A stretch of DNA of 64,000 nucleotides from Puccinia triticina (Eukaryota). Position numbers and translations under genes: made by a program. The stretch lies in assembly GCA_026914245.1 (NCBI GenBank), contig CP110439.1, positions 3,224,001 to 3,288,000 of the forward strand. Direction: 5' to 3'. Below, in pieces: positions 36,745 through 50,927 of this stretch. Positions within the stretch are counted from its first letter, which is position 1. The number at the start of each line of letters is the position of its first letter. Under the pieces are notes generated by a model. The model was not told the origin of the DNA, searched no databases, and saw only the letters and a list, made by a program, of their open reading frames with translations.

Positions 36745-38591
36745 TAGTGTATCGGGACATATAACTGAATTTCACATGTATTGTATCATCTGTTCCAATA
36801 CAACACTCTGCTCATCTGTGTATTGTAATCAGCTGGCGGATACATGTATCAAAAATACACGTATTTCATTGGCAGCCCAATACAATACAATTTATACACT
36901 GTATTGGGTGGACTTTAAAATACAATACACAAAGATACAAGTACATGTATTGGAATTGTTGCACCGTTGCTGGTGTATATACATCCAATCTAAGTTAGGT
37001 TTCAATACAATTTTCATCTCACTACTCTGCATCCACCTGTGTGCCACAGCGGGTTGAAAAGGGACCCTGGGCTGCAAGCTCAACATCAGCCGGATTGTTG
37101 CTTTGCAAACAGTCTGATGTCAACGGTGGGCTGATACACTAACTGTATTGTTAGTTTTTTCCACTGTGATACACAAATAATACTTTATCCTTGATTTTCT
37201 GTCAATAAAAGTACATCTTTTTGATGTTATTCTTTTTGGCTTTTATTGTGTTGTTAGTGTAGCTGAAACATATCAGGTTGAAAATAACCAAATCCTATTT
37301 TTATGATTGTTATCTGTTGTTATTCCTGATAACAAATACAATAACTGTTAGTTTATCTCTGTAATTAATGATAAAATCACTTTCATTTGTATTGATATTT
37401 CTGGTAGTAAAGATGGTTTTGAGTTGCAAAAAAATAAATCTAGGACATAATGTTTTGAGAAGCATTTTCTAGAGGCCAAAAACCATGAAGTTAATGTAGT
37501 GCAGAAGATTGTTATTCTAACTCTGACACACTAAATTTCAGTGAAATCTTGGTTATCCAAAAGAAATACACTACCTGTTAGTGTATTTTTAGTGTATCCT
37601 GGATAACAATACCCAAGATCTTCAATGAGAAACTTTGGATACACTAGACTGAGCATAGAACAGGTTAAACCCCATTCTCAGGTCAAAAGCACGGGCCGCC
37701 AGAGACTTTCTAGTTTCAAATAGATCAAGAGAGCTTCAATCGGGAAAGGCCGGAAGGGAGTAGTAATGAAGCGCTGTGAACCACTACTCCTCCCCCCGGC
37801 CAAAGATGAATGATTGAGAAAAGCCATCTTGAACAAGAGCTCTCCTTTGGACCAAGGAACAGCACACGCCGTCACCAAGTCACCAAGGACTTCTGACAGG
37901 AGCAACGTGAGTAGTAGAACTCACGAACGCTCCTGTCCACTCGGACACATTTCTCCTCCCAAGAAGCCAAAGGAAAGATACTTTGAGCTACAACCCTACC
38001 GGTTGTAGCTCGAATATATAAATGTGGGCCTTTGAGCAAGTAAAGGCCCATCAGAATCATAACAAACCATATTGTAGCCTTGCCAGTCCCGCCCTTGTCC
38101 CATCAACGTGTTTGCCAGCCTGTCCTTGCCTTGATCTTGGTATTCTTGAATTGGTTGCCTTTTTTGCCGCAGACCCTCTCTGAGAGTGAGGCTGCGTTTT
38201 TTCCCTTTTCTATTGGTATTTTTATCCCAACAAACCAATCCTGGGTTTTTTTCAACGTCCAAAAACCCCCTTCACTGGGCCCCAGAAGTCACAGGCCTCA
38301 AAAAACCTCTGCGCACCAGTGTGCAGACCCTGTAAGGAGCGCAGAGGGCACTTAAACACCCCAGGTGCTCCTGACCCCTCCGTTAAACCCCTTTTTTGAG
38401 TTTATTAAAAATTACTTATCAAGTTATTTAGCATTTCTTCTGCGCTTTTGCCACGCGCACCAACGCACCGTTGCGCAGTCACCGGTGTAGCTAGAAGAGT
38501 ATTACTCTTGGCATCACCGCGCCTGACAATTGTGCTATAATTGGGGATAACAATACCCCATATGTCTTGCCACATAACCATGGATACACTA
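36745..38591. repeat. Degenerate DNA-transposon-like sequence with TAGTGTATC inverted motifs
   Basis: TAGTGTATC at 36745 and 37590; GATACACTA ending at 37141, 37646 and 38591. Dense CAATAC/GTATTG motifs at 36777-37010. No TSD found. Confidence 0.4.
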
Positions 38592-41590
38592 ACGGATATT
38601 GGCCCGTAGGGTAGTGGCCCATTGTTGCTGATGTGATTACCAGTTCAAGGCACTCATTTCTGCCACCTCTCTGATAACTGCATCAGAGATTGTTGAAGCT
38701 GCAAGAAAAGGCAGTGATGATGTGGAAAAATGGGCCAAGACAAAAAATGCTCACCGGCTGAGAACAAAACCAGGGAGCCCTAAAAGGGGGCTAAGGCTGC
38801 TAGCTTGTGCGGTGGAAAAAGGCACACGCACTACAAGAGACTGGATGTTGGTCTCAGGGAACAGGCGCAGAGAACTGATGAGTTTTATTTCTTCTGTAAA
38901 GCAAGGTTATAAACTATTACAACTGGGGGACAAGTTGTGGGCAGAAGGTGGACATAAATACATAATATTCATCTGGAGGGAGGAGAAAGGAGGGAAAGAT
39001 GTGTGACAGGGAGAGAAATGGAAACCTGGGCAGTTGCAGTTTCAACAGAGATGACTGAAGTTTATATGCTCGAAGGCCCATCTCTTACAAAGCTGTGCCA
39101 GTGACCATGTAAGGCCGTCAAATAGGCAGCCTGGCGCCGATCCCTTCGCCGTTGCCGGTTGGCGTGTTCTGGTTTCCAGTCAGAGAGTCGTTCTAGTCCT
39201 GATCGCGCCCGCTGCTGCTAGTGTGACATCATCCAGTGCTATGTGAACCGTTGGCACCCCCGGCCCCGGGACATGGCGTCGGAGATTGACTGGTTGTCCC
39301 GGCAACAGCCTTGGAGGTCGGGGGCCGGGGGAGTGACACTGACGGGTCGATCGAGCAGTGATTCACCAGGGGAAGCAACCTCGACTGGTTGAGACACCAC
39401 CCCAAGCAATACCAAGCCGACGCCAGCGACGAGCCATCAATCAAATCCCCCACTCAGCCATCCATCCAATCATCGTCACAAGCAACTTCACCAGCACCCC
39501 ATCCTTCAAACTCCAGCACCCATCTCTTCGGAAGACTTTTGCTCGCACTCCTAACAGACTATAAAACAGGATGGTGAATAACATATGTTCTCAGAACTTC
39601 CTTACCCTTTGATATCCATACGTACCTACAGCAAGCTGACTTTCTCCTTGCATGATTGCTACATGAACGATTCGTCAGGCTGCTCAAAAATCCAGGTATG
39701 TGTGAAGATAGATCATATTTTGTCTGTTCTGTTCTAAACGAGTCGCGAGGCTTGGATCTATCTTTTCCTCGTGAGAGATCTTATACTTCTGAAGGCTGGG
39801 ATCTTGCTGACCGTATGATGATTGTGTTCCTCAAACTGAATAGAATCCAGCAACGAAGAGAAGCCAAGTTTGCGGAAGCATTAAGGACCGGCGCGCACAA
39901 GAAAACAGTGCCCGATGGCCCCAAGGTAAGACCAATCAAACACAAACCCCTACACGCCGCCGTCGTTGAAAACGTGGTCAATTGCTTGCTGACATCTGAT
40001 TTCCTTGTACCCAACGGAATATGAATTGCACGTCGTCGGGTAGGCTTCAAAACCGAAGTTTCCACTCTCGATTATCTACGGCTTTCTGGCCTTGTTCTTA
40101 GGAGGCCGTGAGTTGGATCTCCTGAAATTTCTGTTTTACTGACTCTCAGCTTATTTTAGGCTTGTGCAAAAGAGCTGCTACTGACCTTTCGGTTTGATAT
40201 CGCCTCTCTCTCTCTCTCTCTCTTGCGTGGATTTCCGGGTTGGAGACTACAGTCATCTTCGAGTTCCTCCGATTAATCGTCTAGTCGTTGTGATCTTATC
40301 GACTTACAGATCTCCTATCACTTGAACTCATTCTCTTCGCTTTCCCGTTCGGGCCCCCTTGTAGCGCTCTTTATTTTCCTGGGGGGCGGTTTGTGTTGCT
40401 CTTATCCTCCGCCTTCGATTAAACATGTGACCGGTCCTCTTTTCGGCGAAGCTGTGTTTGTATATACATGCATGTTTTGTTAGATAAAGAATGGGGAGTA
40501 GTAGTACATAGACTGGTTTTGTTCTTCTTTCTTTGAACGGTTGATCTTGGGAACACTACTTTTGTCATGGGTACATACATAAAAATAAATAATTGCAGCT
40601 GATTTCTCTCCACTCGTCATTAAAAAGCATACATAGCTTTATACAGATCCAAAAGTTTGCAAATCAGGTGTGATCCCAGTAAGGTTACTTGTTAACTGAT
40701 TCGCCATGAACAGCACTTTCATCTCTCCATTGGACAGTGGCCCACATCGTGCTAAATATGTGATGCATTCTCTTCACATGATCTGATCATTACCAAGAGT
40801 GACATCATGTGGCGTAGCAAATCTTGACACGGTCAGTCAAGCAATTTTTGAAGTGTTTCGTGACGATGCTACTCGAGGGTTCTTCCAGGGGCTCATGCCG
40901 TCAGTTTGGAGAGGCGGCGCAGGCGGGTGGACAACGCTTTGCTCTGCTGCTTCCATCTCCCAGCTTTTCTTCTGATCCGCCCCGAGCTTTCGTTTGTCTG
41001 GGAGCTGCCGTACGGACCAAATTCTTGTGCCAGTTGAGATGCTTGTGAAGGATTGATTGGCAGGGGATTCCTGTTTGTATGTATCAGCGCATCCTGGCAG
41101 GAAATCGACAGTTCTTTGATCAGCTGGGCACTCTGGGATTGCAATGACAACGGTCCTGCAGAGGCCTGGAGATCCCCAACAAGATGTTGGTTGTACATGC
41201 GACTGGCCGTCGGAAACGGTGAAAGACAGGGGATGTATGTATGGGGCTGTATGTATGTATGTATTTTTTTATGTAAACTTTATCTTCCACCCATCTCTGC
41301 GGGAGCGGCGGCTTCGCCGCCAGCCCGCGCTCCCACCAGGGGGGACTTGTGTTAAGTTAGACCCATCTCGAGGTTCCCAAACAGTTTGTGCTCGCCCAGA
41401 CTGCCACAGATCATTACAAATTTCGACACATCCACCCGGCCGACGTTCCCTCTGAGCCGACTCCCCCCGCCTCGACGCTTCTCGAGACCAGCCAAGAACC
41501 CCAGCCAGCAGCCCCTGCATCGCCGCAATCGCCCGCACGAGCATACAGCAGCCATATCTGCACAGTTTTCATTGTTTTCTGCAGCTCACG

Positions 41591-44060
41591 ATGTACTCTG
41601 ACGAAGACCAGTCGTCGATTGTCGAGCTCGTCGACCAGTCCTTCACCCCGCCGCTGAGCTATTCCGAACATTCCAGCCGGTCGTCTGAGAAGGACGAGGA
41701 TACCGACTCGGCCTCCCTGCCTAGCACTCCCTTCTCCGCCAGCCGGGTCGACTCCCCGGGGCTCACCGATTCCCGTCACTTCCAACGCCCGCTTAGTCAT
41801 CACCACCCCTTCCCCAAGGCACCCGCCGGCCTGCCCAGCCCCAGCCCCAGCCCCACCCAGCTGCTCCGAGGACCACCGCCCCCCGCGGAGGCCCAGGCAC
41901 CCTTCTCCGGCGTCGGCTGGCGGCTCGGCACCAAGCAGACCGATCCGAACATCTTCAAGCACTCCAGCTCATTATCATCCGATCCGCCCAACTCCAGCCA
42001 ACTCCTCCATCAGCAACCCGCCCGCTCGTTCGATCACGACCCGGACTTCGTGCCCTTCCCCGATGACCCGCACTGTCTGCGCCACGCCGAGTTCGGATTC
42101 GATCCCAACGAACATGAATTCATGTGGACCAGCCGGTTCAGCCCTTCAACGAACCCGCCAAAACAGGAGATTTCTGCCGAGGACGCTGGTTACTTCACCT
42201 ATCTGACCACCTATTGGTCATACCTGCTCGTCTTCTTGATTGGGTCTGTCTACTTCCTATTTCCCCTCTTCGAAAGGGAACCTGCCTGATGTGTTCTATT
42301 CATGACTTCTTCGATCAGGCATGTTCGCGATGCGTTTGGCAAAACATTCTCTGCCCAATCTCACGCTCATTTGAAACTGCACAACGGCTATGCCGCCTTA
42401 AACTCAGACTTCGATTCATTCTTTACGCGGCGAGTGAAATCCAGACTGGACGACTGCTTCGGAAGGCCAGTCACCGGAACGCCTGCCCGGACAATCACTT
42501 TGCTCGATCGGACCTCATCCGACAATTGTGTCTCGTTCAAGTACACTCAAACCACCACTCAGGCTCTCAACATTTCATCCTACAACTATCTTGGCTTTGC
42601 TCAATCCCAAGGATCATGCTCTGATGCGGTAGAGGCAACGATTTCTGAACTCGGTGTTAGCTCATCAGGCTCTAGAGATGACGTTGGAACGAGTCCGCTG
42701 CTCGTAGAAACCGAGAAACTCTTGGCCCAATTTGTTGGAGCCGAAGATGCTATGTTGGTCTCTCAAGGGTTTGCGACCAATTCGACCACCCTGCCTGCTC
42801 TCGTCGGTAAGGGCGCCCTAGTGATCTCGGACGAATACAACCACAACTCCATCCGCTTCGGAACCCGGCTCAGTGGCGCTATGGTCAGAACCTACAAACA
42901 TAACGACATGAAAGATCTCGAGCGACTCTTGCGAGAAGCCATCAGTCAGGGGCAACCCCGTCGACTCAGGGCTTGGACCAAGATCGTTGTCGTTGTCGAA
43001 GGGATTTACAGCATGGAAGGCTCCATAGTCGATCTACCGAACATCTTGCGCTTAAAAGATCAATACAAGGTGCCCTTCAATCATCATCAACCTCAAGAAG
43101 GAGAGGAAGAAGAAAAAAAAATACGAAATAATTGTTGATATGTGGCCTTCACTCTGTTTCTCAACAGTTCTACCTTTATCTAGACGAAGCTCATTCAATC
43201 GGGGCATTAGGACCCAACGGCCGCGGCACGTGTGATTATTACGGAATCGATCCGTCCCGCGTTGACATGCTGATGGGCACCCTTACGAAATCATGTATGT
43301 GAATGAATCTGTCTCCTGGGAAGCCATCAAGTGAGAAGCTTGCTGACGATTATCGATCAGTCGGTGCCAGCGGAGGATACATTGCAGGAAGCAAAGCAGT
43401 GATCCAACACATGCGAAAGACCTGCCATTCTTCGATCTACGCCGAATCTCTATCCCCACCAGTCATCTCGCAGATCCTCAGCGCCGTCAAATCGATCATG
43501 ATCGAAGAAGCCCCAGTATTGTCGGGGCTATCTATCACCCGCCAAGCTGCTATGCCAGAAGGAAAACGACGATTGAGACGGCTCGCTTTTAACGCTAGGT
43601 ACTTGCGCGCTGGATTGAGTAAATTGGGCTTTATCGTTATTGGCGATCAAGATTCTCCCGTGGTCCCATTACTGGTTTATCAACCCGGAAAAGTGAGAAT
43701 TCTGCTAACTTTTTTAATTTATTTGATGTCACAAATCTAATCAATCGGCTTTTTTTTTTTTTTTTTTAAATAACTTGTGGGGAAAATAAGATGTTATTAT
43801 TCTCAAGACTAATGTTACAAAGATATTCGATAGTGGTAGTGATAGTAGGATATCCTGCGACGCCTCTGGTCTCAGGGCGAGTAAGGTTCTGTGTTTCGGC
43901 GGCGCATACGAAGCAAGACATCGATCAGATCCTGATTGCCACCAACGAGATCGGCGAAGCGTTGGGGATGAAACTCAACTGGAAAAAGTGCCAGGCCGAC
44001 CCCTGGACTGTCGACAGAGTCATCAGTAATGCCAAGGAATTGGTCCTTGGATCCGCCTGA
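41591..44060 (+). CDS. LCB2: Serine palmitoyltransferase catalytic subunit, multi-exon
   Basis: [57 protein letters not shown], the PLP-lysine motif GTLTKS|FGASGGY across an intron, and VGYPATPL...[11 protein letters not shown]. Confidence 0.96.
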
Positions 44061-45158
44061 TTTGCGCCCTTGACTCCTCCCATCCTTCTAAAGTCCTCGC
44101 CAATTTTCATTCTCCCCAATCCCCTTCACGGGCTCCTTCCCTACTCGCAAATAACCTCTCTCTATTTCTCTCTACCAAGATCTTTAAATTAGTGTCTCTT
44201 CTCGCGGCTTAGTTGTTATTCCCTTCCTGATATATCCGGCACGACCATGTCTCTCCAAAAACCAAAGCAAATAAAAACATACACCCTTTTTCTTCCTCTG
44301 TTCCTGCACCAGGACATTCGTTGGCACATGTCTCTGCCATTCTCGGCAGCATCTTTGTGTGGGCTATTATTGGTGGGATCCGTTAATCTAAGAATTAACT
44401 GCCGCCAAAGATCGGATGGTCATTGGAAGGTCTGATGAGCTGAACTGGATGGTTATCTGAAGATGTGAAGCTAGATTCCGACGCGTGTAGAGAGGTTCCG
44501 ACGCCTAAGAGACCATTCCGAGGACCAAGGGGGATTTATTGATGAGCAGAGAGATATAAAATATGTAGATCCACAACAAAGGGATCACCGATAGCAAACG
44601 GACAGAGAGATTGTCGACAGTCGATGATACGAGACCGGAGCTGAAGGTAGAGATACAAGATATGTATGTAGGCCGGCCGGTAGGCGAGGAGAGCCTGTGG
44701 TGTCGCTGGTGTCGGGCGGTGGATGCTCATGGTAGACCGTTCGGTCCTTCACATTTGATCGATGAACGCTTTTAGGTTGAAGGGTTCAACCCTTACACGT
44801 GTGGTTGGGACTTGTGAGTAAAAGTAAGGTGTTGCACAAGCGGTGGGGTGCTGGGTGTTACATAGTAAGCTGAAGTTTTGGCGCTGATATCTGAGATATT
44901 CAAAAAACCCCACCATTCTGGACCTTAGGACCCCGGGTGATTGCCTCTATGAGGGGGTCTATAGGGGGGTTTTAGATGGAGCACTCAGGTGGCATCCTGT
45001 GGATGGATTGCTGATGGCATGTGAATGGACAGACTCCGACTGAGGCGCAGGCCGATGGAAGAAGAGGACAAGCTGACAAGAAAAGGCGGAGGGGAAAAGG
45101 AAGGGGGCGAGACAGATGGCTATTGGGGAAATGCTACATAGTCTGAGATAAAGAACAA

Positions 45159-45761
45159 CTATATACGGTCTTGTAATCCTGGTCGGCCTGGTGCGCGGCC
45201 AGCGGGGACTTGCGGAGCAGGGATGCCAAAGTGATCTGCCATCTCTTGGCCGAGATTGAGCTGGGTGTTGGTGATTTCTTCAATTCGAGTCAAGCGGTTT
45301 TCAATGTTGCCAAGTCGGGTGTCAATAGTGACGAGCTGGGTCATAATCCCTCGATTGCTGGCACGACTTTCCTCCCGGAGTGCAACAACGGCTTGGTTGG
45401 TGGCACGACTTTCCTCCTGGAGTGCAACAACGGCTTGGTTGGTGGCACAACATTCGGCCTGAAGGGCTACGACGGCTCGGTTGCTGACACGACATTCATC
45501 CTGAAGGGCAAGGGTGACTTGGGTTTGGGCACGGGTTGCTTCAATAAGGTCTCTTATCTCAGGGATGAGGATAGCAGCCAATGGTTCTAGGATGGACATA
45601 CATACAAGGAGTGCTTCATTCAGAATTCAAGAATAAAGGGCAATGAACTTCAAATAGGCATCGAGATCCAGGGACTTACCAGTCTGGGTAATAGACAGAA
45701 GACTTGTTTTCACCATTGAGTTCGTCGCCTTGGCGAGCGGAGTAGAATCCACGGGCACCAT
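45159..45761 (-). CDS. Small coiled-coil repeat protein with a hydrophobic N-terminal leader (2 coding exons; intron 45614-45679)
   Basis: Spliced ORF (MVPVDSTPLAKATNS)MVKTSLLSITQT|ALLVCMSILEPLAAILIP..., followed by 14-aa repeats and RLGNIENRLTRIEE. Confidence 0.65.
45350..45515 (-). repeat. 42-bp coding tandem repeat (~4 units)
   Basis: Units encode ALQDECRVSNRAVV / ALQAECCATNQAVV / ALQEESRATNQAVV / ALREESRASNR. Confidence 0.9.
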
Positions 45762-47293
45762 TGATTTACCTGTCAAACCAAACAGTTTTCAGCTAAGTCA
45801 GCAAATCAGTTTGGATGTTGAAGGGGATGTGGGATGGATGGCCTACAGTAGATTTCTGTGGTCTTTATAAATCGGTCAGATGAGACAGCCACATCAACAA
45901 AGGTTGGGGGGTTTGCTATGTGTGGTGGTTCGTGGGGTAAGACCGGTTGACCTGGTATGGGGGTGAACAGGGCCATGTGAAGTTTAGTGAGTGGGAAAGT
46001 GAGGTAAGGAAAGGATTAAGGATTAGGTGTTTGAGGGAGAAAATTACAAAAAAGGAGGAAGAAAGTGACAAACACATATACTGAGAAGGGTTCTGAAACC
46101 AACCAGGTACTGCCATAAGCTCTTCTGATCACAGTCATTGAGAACTAGGCTTGGCAAAGGCATAAATATTAATCAGGTACTTGAATCCAAGCTCCGACTC
46201 ATGAAGTGGTGCGGGCGGGCACCAACCTGTCCGCCCTGAATTCAACTGCGGGGTTGAACGTGGTGGATTGGTCAAGCTTGGCTGTTGGCCTGATCCGCCG
46301 ACATGGCATGTTGGTGGGGTTGGCTTCAACACCTTGTCGGATGGGTTGTATCCTGCCAACCCATCCCCGCCAAGACCAGCGTGCCCACGGCAGAGACTGG
46401 TTGGGCACCACATGAGCCCAACCAGCCTCACACAGCTGGTGGCGCTCTGAGCCCTCTGCACTCAAGCAGCCACCAACAGCCACCAACGCACCTGACCCAG
46501 CCAGAAGAAAAATAACACACACAATGGAACAGCCTATGTATAATTAGCAATTGTGCATCCCCGACGCTGGGGCCATTGTTACGGCGCCAACAGCTGAGCT
46601 GTTCCCGCCGTGATTGTTGCCCTTGAGGTGTTGCACACCAAGAACTTTGCTATGTACGTTTCTGCTTTTGTTTCTTTACAAAAATGCTCAAGTAGTACAT
46701 AATTAAGGCTGCCCAAAGAAAATTTCTGTCCAGCCAAACTTGCCTTGAGGCCGACCTACTTGGCTAACTCCCTCGTCGGGGGAGCAAAGCGACCTCCAAT
46801 TGCCAAGGGGAGGGTCCCTGCGGGACAGCGTCCCCCTCCACAAAGAGAGGGACTGATAGTTTAAGTCAGCCTTGAGAGATGCCAAAAAATTTATTTCTGG
46901 TTTGGTTTGACACAAAACACACCGGTCCGGGTCCACCGTAATACAATAAGCACCACAAGTGTTTTATGCCAACGAAACTGACCCTTGCCCCTGAAATGTT
47001 TCAGCAATGCCAGCAGGTAACCAAAGATGTATGAATATATTATCTAGATGATAAGAATACCTGAGCCTGTTTGAGGGAGAGGGGATAAGAATAATGGCAT
47101 ATGGCTATTGAGCTGTAGATAAGCACAAGAACCTTGGCAGATGGGCAAAGATGTAGTGCCAGAGGCACTATTCAAGAGTGCCGGGGCACTATTCATAGTG
47201 CCAGAGGCACCGCAGACTGCAAATCTTGAGAGGATGTGAAATGCTGAAACTGCACAGATCATGAGGTATCCCTTGGAGTGCAGCCACTGTAAA

Positions 47294-47487
47294 GGGTGTT
47301 CACATTTGTTGGCTAAATTTTCAGGTCAAGTTAACCTGAGGTTTGATTTCAGGCTGAGGCTAGCTAACTTTAGCTGACCTTAGCCTGAAATTATGCCGTT
47401 TGCTCACCCGGGATCCGGACCAGTGTGATTGCCGGTTGGGTTACATTGCCAGAAATTGGCAAGTTAACCTGGCAAATCTGAATGCTC
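47294..47487. mobile_element. Degenerate Harbinger-like MITE
   Basis: Imperfect TIRs GGGTGTTCACATTTG / CAAATCTGAATGCTC (11/15), TAA on the right flank only, repeated AAGTTAACCTG and TAGC motifs. Confidence 0.4.
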
Positions 47488-47677
47488 TAACTGTATTATG
47501 TATCCAACATAACCCACATCCATACCCTTTTGAAATGATTGCATATACAGCTTTTGCTCAAACTCTTGTCCTTGAAAATCTGGGTGGTTCTTTTTTTGTG
47601 GGACAAAAACTTATGCTCAACGTATATCAGCAGCACTGTGATCATAACTTGTCAATCATGTTCATGACCACTAGTGC

Positions 47678-47792
47678 AGGACTTCCCATATCTGCAGCCC
47701 CCGCAGAACCAGAGCTGCAGCCATAAAACCTTAATTTTTGCTGGGAAATGCAGTCACAGGGGCTGCAGATCTGGTTCTGCAGGGGAAGTCCT
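47678..47792. repeat. Short palindromic MITE-like repeat, copy 1
   Basis: AGGACTTCCC...GGGAAGTCCT termini and internal GCAGAACCAGA/TCTGGTTCTGC arms. Homologous in inverted orientation to 50928-51056. Confidence 0.65.
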
Positions 47793-48284
47793 TCATTCTG
47801 ATAACCACTGCCATGGTGAACATCTTGTGTTGTTCCGCGCGGATTCATCATGTGGGGGTTTCAATAGGGTTTCATGTGCAGTGACTGTGCTTGCCGCCGC
47901 AGTTGTGGCTGTGCCGACTTGTGCGGGCCAATTTGACCAGACCTTGCTGGCATGAGCGGCAAACCCCAAATGTCTGTTGGTAAGGACACTTGGACATGAA
48001 TGGTGGCTAGCAGGCCAATGTATGCTGCTGATGTGGATCAGAAGCAATGATGGTGGGTGAAATTCACAGTGACAGATGATAATAGACACCAGTGCTATGA
48101 TACGCGGCACGCCCTCGAGAAGCAGAACCATCATCCAAAATCAAAAACACGTAGATAATTCTATGTTTGGAACCTTTCAGAAAAGATTGAAACCTGCTTT
48201 TGTCAAGTTTTTTGTAATTACAAGGTTGCAAATGCAATTCACGACTTGGTATGCCTATATCTTCACATGAGAAATTGCGTTGAT

Positions 48285-50121
48285 CTAAAGACTGGCAGAA
48301 CCATGAGATTCTAGAGGAAGAAGTAAGGATATAAATGCAACCGCAAAAAACAGAGAGCCACTAATGTAGACTGGTAAGGAACTCTTTATATTTGTACACA
48401 TGAACACTTTGATAAAGGAAACACAGGAAATCCAAGCAATGTGTGCGGGAGACAAGGAACCAAGTCAGTCTCATTTCGCAATATGCATAAAATAATTCAA
48501 GAAACCACTTACCAACAGGAGCTAAAGTACCACAGATTCTGCCAACTGAAGCGGTCAGAGCGTTTCCAGTACCTCTATTTTTTGTGACAAAGATTTCCGG
48601 AGTGTAAGAGTATAAGATGGACAGTAAGAAGTTGGTATTTAATCCAAACAAACAGTTCCAGACCAGGAGTATACTAGAGGATTTAGAGGTTAAGGATCCG
48701 AAAAGAGAAATGCCAGTCAAGGCGGACGTGATGGCCAGTGAGCCCTTTCGTCCCAGTTGCGGTGTTTGCGTCATTAATGCCCCTATTGCTGAGCCTGGTA
48801 ATCCTACCGCTGCGATAATCAATGAGTTTCGATAGGTAGTGGAGGTTTCGTCGCCAAATTTGATGCCTCGCTGTGTTTCAATTAAAGGGATGAACGCGTT
48901 GTAGAGTGGGAATGCTAGTCCAATGAGAGCCCAGATCGTGGTGATTAATCCGGTCGACAACGCAAGTACAGGTGTGTTAAACAGGCCGCTGAGGTGTTGG
49001 AAATCGAACCGCCTCAATGTCCGCATCAGTAGCGTCTTAGGACTGGTCAATTCATTACTCTTCTCGACCACGTTTTCAATAGATCCAAATTGTTCTAAGT
49101 GTGCGATGGTAAGCGAGCATTTGACTCCATTGCGACGGGCGACTTCTTGCACAACCGCTACAGCTTCTTCTGGTCTTCCCTTTCCCATCAGGTACTTGGG
49201 GCTTTCGTGTATTTCGATAGTAAAAAAACGGGCCAAAAACATCAAAAATGCAGCGCTTCCGACGGAAATCAATAGCCATCTCCAGCCTGCATTCTCGCCT
49301 CTGGTACAGCTCTGAGCTTTGGGTTGACATGAGAAGTTGGATAACAACGGCCAGGCGAGAAGTGTGACGAGAAGTTGGGCTATCGACCAAAAGATCGATA
49401 GAACTGTTAATAAATACTGATGAGAGCCCGGTAAAAATTCTAGAAATATCGCCGAATCTACTGGTAAATTTCCACCGACGCCCGTCGACCAAAAAAATAC
49501 ACACAGACAGATGGATATAAAGTTTGTCGAAGAAGCTGAGAGCAAGGCAAAGATGGCCGTAGTGAAAATCGTTATGTTGAAGCCTAATTTCCTTGCAAAT
49601 ATGTCGCAACCAAAACCCCAGATCAAAGCGCCGAACAGCAGGCCGAGGTTTTGAGAAAGCGTTAGGAATGCGGGCTGTTTTGCGCTGAATTCTTGAGAGA
49701 CGGGGACAAGTATGAGTGAAGTGACGATCGGCCATAAGTTGTCAGCCGCCCAGCCGAATCCAACGACCACGAATAATTTCCATTGATATCGTCCCATCCC
49801 AATCTCTTGCATCGCTGCATTTAGGATTCGGGCTTTAGCTTCGTATATTCTCTCTGAGTCTTCCTCTACTTCGCCTGTTCATTCCACGATTCAGAGGAGA
49901 AAAAGTTTGTTAACATATACCTCTTCAATCAGCCCAGAGTGAAATTTAAACGAGCCCCCAAAATACTTGCCCCGGAGAGAATCTAACGCCAAATCATCAA
50001 GCAAAGAAGGATAAGAGGTCCCCAGAGCGCGCGCGCGTGTTTTTTCGTTAGAGGTGCGATCATGCGTCGAAACAGGATCAGAGTTACCACTGTGGTTTTC
50101 TAACGAACGCAGATCCTCCAT
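48285..50121 (-). CDS. Major facilitator superfamily transporter (SV2/sugar-porter-like), multi-exon
   Basis: AMQEIGMGRYQWKLFVVVGFGWAADNLW, GVGGNLPVDSAIFLEFLP, ESPKYL, YTPEIF...RGTGNAL and about 12 hydrophobic segments. Last exon ends LLPLESHGSASL*. Confidence 0.93.
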
Positions 50122-50927
50122 GTTTCCCAGGGTTGATCGAAAAGTGATAAGCAGACGTGGAGGAAAGACAACAGAGTGGCTGCTTGAAAATACGTTTTTT
50201 TGCAGGCTTCCCCCCAACAATCGTCAAAAGCCCTTTCCGGTGTGCCTCAAGGGTGGAATCGCTTTCAAAGGATCACTGCACGTGACCTGGTAAAGGTAAC
50301 TAGCAGCAGCGAACTGCAGATAACCAACTAATTATGTCATGTTTATGTACAGTCGTTATGTTATGTAATTGATGGGAATTTGATTGGAAAAATCCCCATC
50401 AAAATAGGGCGGAGTTTGTTTTGAGTTCTGCAGATACTCGCGGAGAGTTGTACGAGGTATCCAGCAGCAATTTACAAAGGGTATCAGGGGGTCCGGCCAT
50501 GCTCCCAGAGAAGGGAGCCGAGAGTTGGAATCCTCCAATCGAGAGGGACGAGGAAGCCAATCCGTCATTAGTCCTCCCGTCCTCTTGGACCAATACATCA
50601 AGCAGAAAGGTCCGAGAGGGAGGGAGAGACCGGTTATGTGTCACTGGATCTACATGGATGCACCCAGAGTTCAACTTCGCCAAACGCTTGTAAACTTCAC
50701 ACTGCTGCGGAGTTTTTGCCATGACGTAATGAGCAAATAGAAAAAAAAACAATCGGTCTGTTCTCAGTCGAGGCGAGGTTCGATAAGGTTTGTAGGCGAT
50801 AAGCTAGATGGCCTGCGTCTGCAATATATGACTAACTTCTGGCGAAAGTTTCCGAGAGAAGTTGTTCTCCTCGCGCGCAGCGAATGCGCAGCCCTGAAGC
50901 TGCGTGTGTAAACAGGTCACGGTCGAG

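Noticed and set aside
37667..38391. TTAAACCCC direct repeat as a TSD or piggyBac boundary
   Set aside because: No terminal inverted repeats inside the duplication.
39272..40024. Possible plus-strand gene with a helical exon (YTSEGWDLADRMMIVFLKL...)
   Set aside because: No reliable start or splice path and no recognisable family.
46180..46500. CCAAC/GTTGG-rich segment suggestive of a MITE
   Set aside because: No convincing TIR pair or TSD found.
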